NCBI GenBank assembly: GCA_963794325.1 | Contig: CAWCDG010000002.1 | Span: 224,001-288,000 of the forward strand | Direction: 5' to 3' | DNA from: an uncultured delta proteobacterium | Lineage (GTDB): Bacteria > Desulfobacterota > Binatia > Binatales > Binataceae | DNA: 64,000 nucleotides | In this document: in pieces, positions 58,325-64,000 of the stretch | Position numbering within the stretch: position 1 is the first letter of the stretch | How the letters are laid out: each line of letters starts with the position of its first letter | Notes under the pieces: model-generated | Database searches by the model: none | What the model saw: the letters and a program-made list of their open reading frames with translations, nothing else | What the model was told of the DNA's origin: nothing | Position numbers and translations under genes: made by a program

Positions 58325-59227
58325 ATGGCAAAGGTGTCCGTAATAATCCCTGTCTACAACGGCGCCGCCACGATTGGCCGCGCACTGGCGAGTGTGTTGG
58401 CGCAAACCTTCACCGACTACGAAATTGTGGTAGTCAATGACGGCTCGACTGACGACACCGCGTCGGTGCTGGCGGGCTACGGCGATAGAATCCGAGCGAT
58501 CCTCCTGTCCCACAGCGGGGTTTCCGCGGCACGCAATGCCGGTGTTCGTGCCTCGAGTGGCGAGTATCTCGCGTTTCTGGACGACGACGACGAGTGGATG
58601 GCGCGAAAGTTGGAGTTAAGCGTGCCGGTTCTCGACCGCGAGGCTGATTGTGTCCTCGTATACACCCGCGGGTTCAAACTCGATCAGTGCGGGCGAAGCG
58701 TCGGGACTCTGGATGGACAGACCGAAGGCTCCGAATCGCCTACCATGAAGCAACTGCTCGAGCGGCCGTGGAATGTCGTGCCAAGCCAATTCGTGGTGCG
58801 GCGGGGAGCTTTCGAACAGTGCGGCGGCTTCCACGAGCGTTTGTCGGCATTCGAGGACCGGTACTTTCTGCTGATGGCGCGCGAGCTCGGCCATTTTCAT
58901 TGCGTGCCCGAGCAGCTGATGCGCAAGACCTCGCGCCCGCTCTATCCAACGATGCTGCAACGCGAACCGCAATATGAATTGTTCCTCGAGCTGGTGCGCG
59001 CGCGGTACGGCGCTGCTGCCAACGGCCTTATAGCAGGCTCCAACCGCGAACAAGCCCGGGTTTTCAAGCAAGCCGGCCGCGTGCTGATGAAAGAGGGCCG
59101 CAGAGAACACGCACGTCGATGCCTCGCGCGCGTCATCTACTATGAACCTACGTCGCCGCGGGCGTACCGCAAATATCTGAAAACTTTTTTGCCAACCCGC
59201 TCGAGCCCACGCGCGGGCGCACGGTAA
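58325..59227 (+). CDS. GT2 glycosyltransferase
   Basis: VSVIIPVYN, VVNDGSTD, ARNAG, AFLDDDD, FED. Confidence 0.92.
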   Translation: MAKVSVIIPVYNGAATIGRALASVLAQTFTDYEIVVVNDGSTDDTASVLAGYGDRIRAILLSHSGVSAARNAGVRASSGEYLAFLDDDDEWMARKLELSVPVLDREADCVLVYTRGFKLDQCGRSVGTLDGQTEGSESPTMKQLLERPWNVVPSQFVVRRGAFEQCGGFHERLSAFEDRYFLLMARELGHFHCVPEQLMRKTSRPLYPTMLQREPQYELFLELVRARYGAAANGLIAGSNREQARVFKQAGRVLMKEGRREHARRCLARVIYYEPTSPRAYRKYLKTFLPTRSSPRAGAR

Positions 59228-59243
59228 GCCTGAGCCAGGCCGG

Positions 59244-60200
59244 ATGGCATCTCAAAATAATCTGGAGAGCTGCGGATCCTCGCCTCGATTATCGGTGATA
59301 ATCGCCGTGTACAACGGGGCGGCGACAATTAACCGTGCGCTCGAGAGCGTCTTCGCGCAAACCTTCGGCGATTTCGAGATTGTGGTCGTCAACGACGGGT
59401 CGACCGACGACACAGCCTCGGTGCTCTCGCGCTACGGGGATCGTATTCGCGTAATCACGCAGCCCAATCGCGGTCTCTCAGCCGCGCGCAACGCCGGCGC
59501 ACGCGCGTCGAGCGGCGAGTACCTCGCATTCCTCGACGACGACGACGAGTGGATGCAAACCAAGCTTGCGCGAAGTGTTCCCATCCTTGACGCCGACCCG
59601 GATTGCGCGCTGGCCTACACCTTCGCCCTCAGAGTCGATCCGCAGGGCTCGCCGACCGCTACACCCGAGGCACGCCCCGAAGGGGCCGAGTCGCCCACGA
59701 TGAAAGAAATGCTGGCGCATCCGTGGAACGTCGTGCCCAGCCAGTTCGTAGTGCGCCGCGAGGTCTTCGAGCGATGCGGCGGGTTTCATGAACGATTCAC
59801 AACCTCATGCGAGGATCTTTATTTCCTGCTGAACGCTCGTGAGCACGGCCACTTCCGATGCATGCCCGAATTTCTTCTGCGCAAGGAGACCCGGCCGCTA
59901 TATCCAAAGGCGCTCGAACGCGAGCCGGAATGCGACCTCTTTGTCGAGTTGGTCCACCAGCGTTATGGCGCGTCGGCCGCTGGACTTATCGACGGATTCC
60001 GGCGATCGCGGGTCAAGGTGTTGCGCCATCTCGGCCGCGTTCTCATCGAGGAGGGCCGCCCCGACGACGCGCGCCGATGCCTGGCGCGCGTACTCCACTA
60101 TGAACCCGCGTCGCCGAAGGCGTACTACCGGTATCTGAAAACTTTTATCAAGCCCCGCACCGCGCGCGCGCCGTCGAGCCCGGACGGCCGCGGTGTCTGA
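59244..60200 (+). CDS. GT2 glycosyltransferase
   Basis: SVIIAVYN, NDGSTD, NRGLSAARN, FLDDDD, CED. Confidence 0.92.
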   Translation: MASQNNLESCGSSPRLSVIIAVYNGAATINRALESVFAQTFGDFEIVVVNDGSTDDTASVLSRYGDRIRVITQPNRGLSAARNAGARASSGEYLAFLDDDDEWMQTKLARSVPILDADPDCALAYTFALRVDPQGSPTATPEARPEGAESPTMKEMLAHPWNVVPSQFVVRREVFERCGGFHERFTTSCEDLYFLLNAREHGHFRCMPEFLLRKETRPLYPKALEREPECDLFVELVHQRYGASAAGLIDGFRRSRVKVLRHLGRVLIEEGRPDDARRCLARVLHYEPASPKAYYRYLKTFIKPRTARAPSSPDGRGV

Positions 60201-61134
60201 GCGTCCACCGATGCCACGAGTCTCGGTAATAATTCCGGTTTACAACGGCGCCGCGACAATCGGCCGCGCGCTCAAAAGCGTTTTCGATCAAACTTTCACT
60301 GATTATGAAGTCGTAATCTGCGACGACGGTTCGACCGACGACACAGCTTCGGTTCTGGCAGCTTTCGGAGACCGGATACGGGTGATCCGTCAGTCCAACC
60401 GCAGATTCCCTGCCGCTCGTAACGCCGCTGTCGCCGCCAGCCATGGCGAATTGATCGCGCTCATCGATCACGATGACCAATGGCTCCCGCGAATGCTCGA
60501 GGTCAGCGTAACGGCCCTTCAAAACGACCGCGGCGCATCACTCGTTTACTCGGACGTAATTGTGGTCAACGAAGCGGGCGAAGAATCGCGCGCTTCCCCG
60601 GTCGGAGCCGACACTGCGCACGCGCCAACGATGGACGAGATGCTCGCGCGGATCTGGCCAATCATGCCGAGCACGGTCGTGATGCGCCGCACGGCATTTG
60701 ATCGCACGGGCGGATTTACCGAGAGCCTGGGCGAGGACCTCGATTTCTGGCCGCGGATAAGAGAGCAGGGCAGTTTCATTTATATTCCCGATCGCCTGGT
60801 GCGCTTCACCTTCGGTCAGCTATACCCCAAAATCCTGAAACGCGACGTCGGTCCCGAAGGGTTTATCAATCTGATCCGCAGCCGCTACGGATCGCGCGCC
60901 GACGGGTTGGTGGACGATTTCATGCGGCATCGGGTGAGGATGATCTCCAATGCCGGGGTGATCGAAATGAGCCGCGGAAATATGGCCGGCGCGCGCAGAT
61001 GCTTCGTCCGCGTGCTGAAGTATGACGCTGGGCACGTGAAGAGTTACATGCGAATAGCGCGCACGTTTTTGCCCGCGCCGCTTCGCCGCGCGCTGGGCGG
61101 GAAAGCTTCGCGCGGCGCTGACGCTCCTTCCTGA
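60193..61134 (+). CDS. GT2 glycosyltransferase
   Basis: VSVIIPVYN, DDGSTD, LIDHDD, GEDLDFW. Confidence 0.92.
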   Translation: MSERPPMPRVSVIIPVYNGAATIGRALKSVFDQTFTDYEVVICDDGSTDDTASVLAAFGDRIRVIRQSNRRFPAARNAAVAASHGELIALIDHDDQWLPRMLEVSVTALQNDRGASLVYSDVIVVNEAGEESRASPVGADTAHAPTMDEMLARIWPIMPSTVVMRRTAFDRTGGFTESLGEDLDFWPRIREQGSFIYIPDRLVRFTFGQLYPKILKRDVGPEGFINLIRSRYGSRADGLVDDFMRHRVRMISNAGVIEMSRGNMAGARRCFVRVLKYDAGHVKSYMRIARTFLPAPLRRALGGKASRGADAPS

Positions 61135-61138
61135 ATTA

Positions 61139-61291
61139 CCTCGCCCCACGAGGGGGAAGCCCCGCTGACGTGCGTCCGAGCGCGGCGGGTGAGGGACCTT
61201 AGTTGCCGAAGATTCCGGATGTGCGGCGCAACAGGCAATCGCGTCGCACAAATGTCTCTCACCCTAACCCTCTCCCCTCGTGGGGCGAGGG
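61139..61291. repeat. inverted REP-like elements between convergent genes
   Basis: cctcgccccacgagggg ... cccctcgtggggcgagg (17-bp perfect IR), with a ctcaccctaaccctctcc motif. Confidence 0.75.
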
Positions 61292-61302
61292 AATCAGACA
61301 GA

Positions 61303-62580
<1,278 letters not shown>

Positions 62581-63543
62581 TTATTCCTGATATGCGCGAT
62601 CAGATCGAGCGCGCCGCGAGCTTCCGCCCGACAGGCTTTGCGCCAGCCGATGCGGCAGCCATGTTCGCATCCATCGCAAATAGTTCTTGAACCGATACGG
62701 ATCGACCCTGATCGCGCGAGCGAATGCAGCGCGAGCGCGCGGACCATCGCCGTCGCGCATCGCCTTCAGCCCGATCGTCGCGAGTATACTTCGCGGGGCC
62801 CGAGCGCGCGCATCGACCAGTGGCGCCGCAGAAACGCCGTAGCGCTCCTGCAGATAAGCTTCGAAGACGTGCAGCGCTTTCGAGTAATCGGGCAGCCGCT
62901 TGAGCTGCTTCGGAAACCATGCGAAACGCCACGTGATCAGCGGCTCGTCAATGTAGCCGAACGGGCCCTGCTCGCGCATCTTGATCCAGAAATCCACGTC
63001 CTCGAAGCGGAAGCTCGCGCCCTTCAAGGCGTCGCGATAGCCACCGCACGCATCGTAAGCGGTGCGGCGCACCAGGGCAGCGCTTGGCATTATCGGCCAC
63101 AGTTTCGTCAGGAGTTCGTTCAGCGAGGGGGCATGATCGAAACCGTCGCCGACCAGGGAAGTGTCGAGCGGCACGCCTTCGCTGTCGGCGAGCGCGCAGT
63201 TGCAGTAGACGAGGGAGAGAGCAGGGTCGGCATCGAGGGCGGCGACGCTACACTCGAGGAATTGCGGCGCCCAGACGTCGTCGGCGTCGAGGAAGGCTAG
63301 ATACTCGCCTGACGAATGCCGCGCGCCATTGTTGCGTCCGGCGGCAGGGCCGCTATTGGACTGTTCGAGGAGCAAAACTCGGCCGCCGAACCGCTTCATG
63401 ATTGCGAGAGTGTCGTCGGCTGAGCCATCGTCGACGCAGATAATTTCGAAATCCTGGAAAGTCTGACTGATGACGCTGTCCACGGTGCCGGCGATAGTCG
63501 CGGCGGCATTGTAGGCAGGAATAATTACGGAAACGCGAGGCAC
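62581..63543 (-). CDS. GT2 glycosyltransferase
   Basis: VSVIIPAYN, DDGSAD, FLDADD, FEDVDFW; paralogous to 60193-61134 (HAP...E.L...WPIMPS). Confidence 0.92.
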   Translation of the reverse strand: MPRVSVIIPAYNAAATIAGTVDSVISQTFQDFEIICVDDGSADDTLAIMKRFGGRVLLLEQSNSGPAAGRNNGARHSSGEYLAFLDADDVWAPQFLECSVAALDADPALSLVYCNCALADSEGVPLDTSLVGDGFDHAPSLNELLTKLWPIMPSAALVRRTAYDACGGYRDALKGASFRFEDVDFWIKMREQGPFGYIDEPLITWRFAWFPKQLKRLPDYSKALHVFEAYLQERYGVSAAPLVDARARAPRSILATIGLKAMRDGDGPRARAAFARAIRVDPYRFKNYLRWMRTWLPHRLAQSLSGGSSRRARSDRAYQE

Positions 63544-63650
63544 GATTTGGTTGGGCGCTACGCAGACTTGGTCGAAGGCCCTCGCGACAGGTTACACGGC
63601 AGGTGGCAGGCTGCTCAACGGGCGGATACAGACTCCGGGAGAATCCGGAT

Positions 63651-63882
63651 CCTAACCTCTCCTTGTCCGGGGAGAGGTCGGCGCGAGCCGAAGGTGAGCG
63701 ACGGGAGTGGTGCAGCGCCAGCCGTCGCAACAACGCCAGTTGTGCTGCTGTCGAGCAGCGAACGCGTTTCTCTGCATTGAGATAAAACGAGTCGGGGTTG
63801 GTGGGCTGTCTTGCATTGTATCTCTCCCGGCGACACCGCTTCGCGGCTTTCGCCGACCTCTCCTCGGACGAGGAGAGGTTAA
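63651..63882. repeat. inverted REP-like palindromes
   Basis: taacctctccttgtccggggagagg vs cctctcctcggacgaggagaggtta; same family as 61139-61291. Confidence 0.6.
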
Positions 63883-64000
63883 GACGAGGCAGCCTGCAAG
63901 TTTCTTTAGTACCGGGTGCAGGGGTCACCCCTGCCGCGGAAGCGTGAAACCCGCGGAGGGTTTCACATTCGATTCGTTCCGCCTCTGTTATGCGCGGCGG

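Overview
A GC-rich bacterial window. The gene content (DUF1329, many Tad pseudopilins, Trp/His-rich secreted proteins) resembles uncultured Candidatus Binatia-like soil bacteria, but this is inference only. Blocks from left to right: (1) 1-14.8 kb is an osmotic/general-stress block: a partial cyclic beta-1,2-glucan synthase, two CsbD copies, DUF3309, DUF2950, Crp/Fnr, a glycine-zipper lipoprotein and a BON protein, with clear traces of an internal segmental duplication. (2) 14.9-25.8 kb is a complete lasso-peptide (RiPP) locus whose 56-aa precursor at 22020-22190 (core SGGTVNSPDGTNTMMSSICL) is missing from the ORF track. It encodes RRE/B1, B2 protease, cyclase, an HPr-like kinase, a nucleotidyltransferase and an unusual PRMT-fold methyltransferase with an RRE-like tail. 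Three tandem secreted beta-helix paralogues with repeated promoter units split the locus. (3) 25.9-34.2 kb is an array of 5 TadE-like and 3 TadG-like pseudopilin genes co-oriented with the lasso operon, with frameshifts concentrated at 28.8-32.4 kb. (4) 34.5-53.5 kb holds a methyltransferase, hydrolase, XRE, PhyH, an LpxH2/PlcP plus MGDG synthase pair, a CHASE2-PP2C/STAS/RsbW/FecR/OmpA partner-switching module, a toxin-antitoxin remnant, ArsR, DUF1329, short ChrA pair, a CYTH-like protein and gabT. (5) 53.5-63.5 kb has five tandem sulfotransferases, four GT2 glycosyltransferases and sqdB. The best candidate for an undescribed system is the lasso locus with its PRMT-like tailoring enzyme and embedded or adjacent surface-protein arrays. 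All assignments come from motif recognition by eye; no searches were run.
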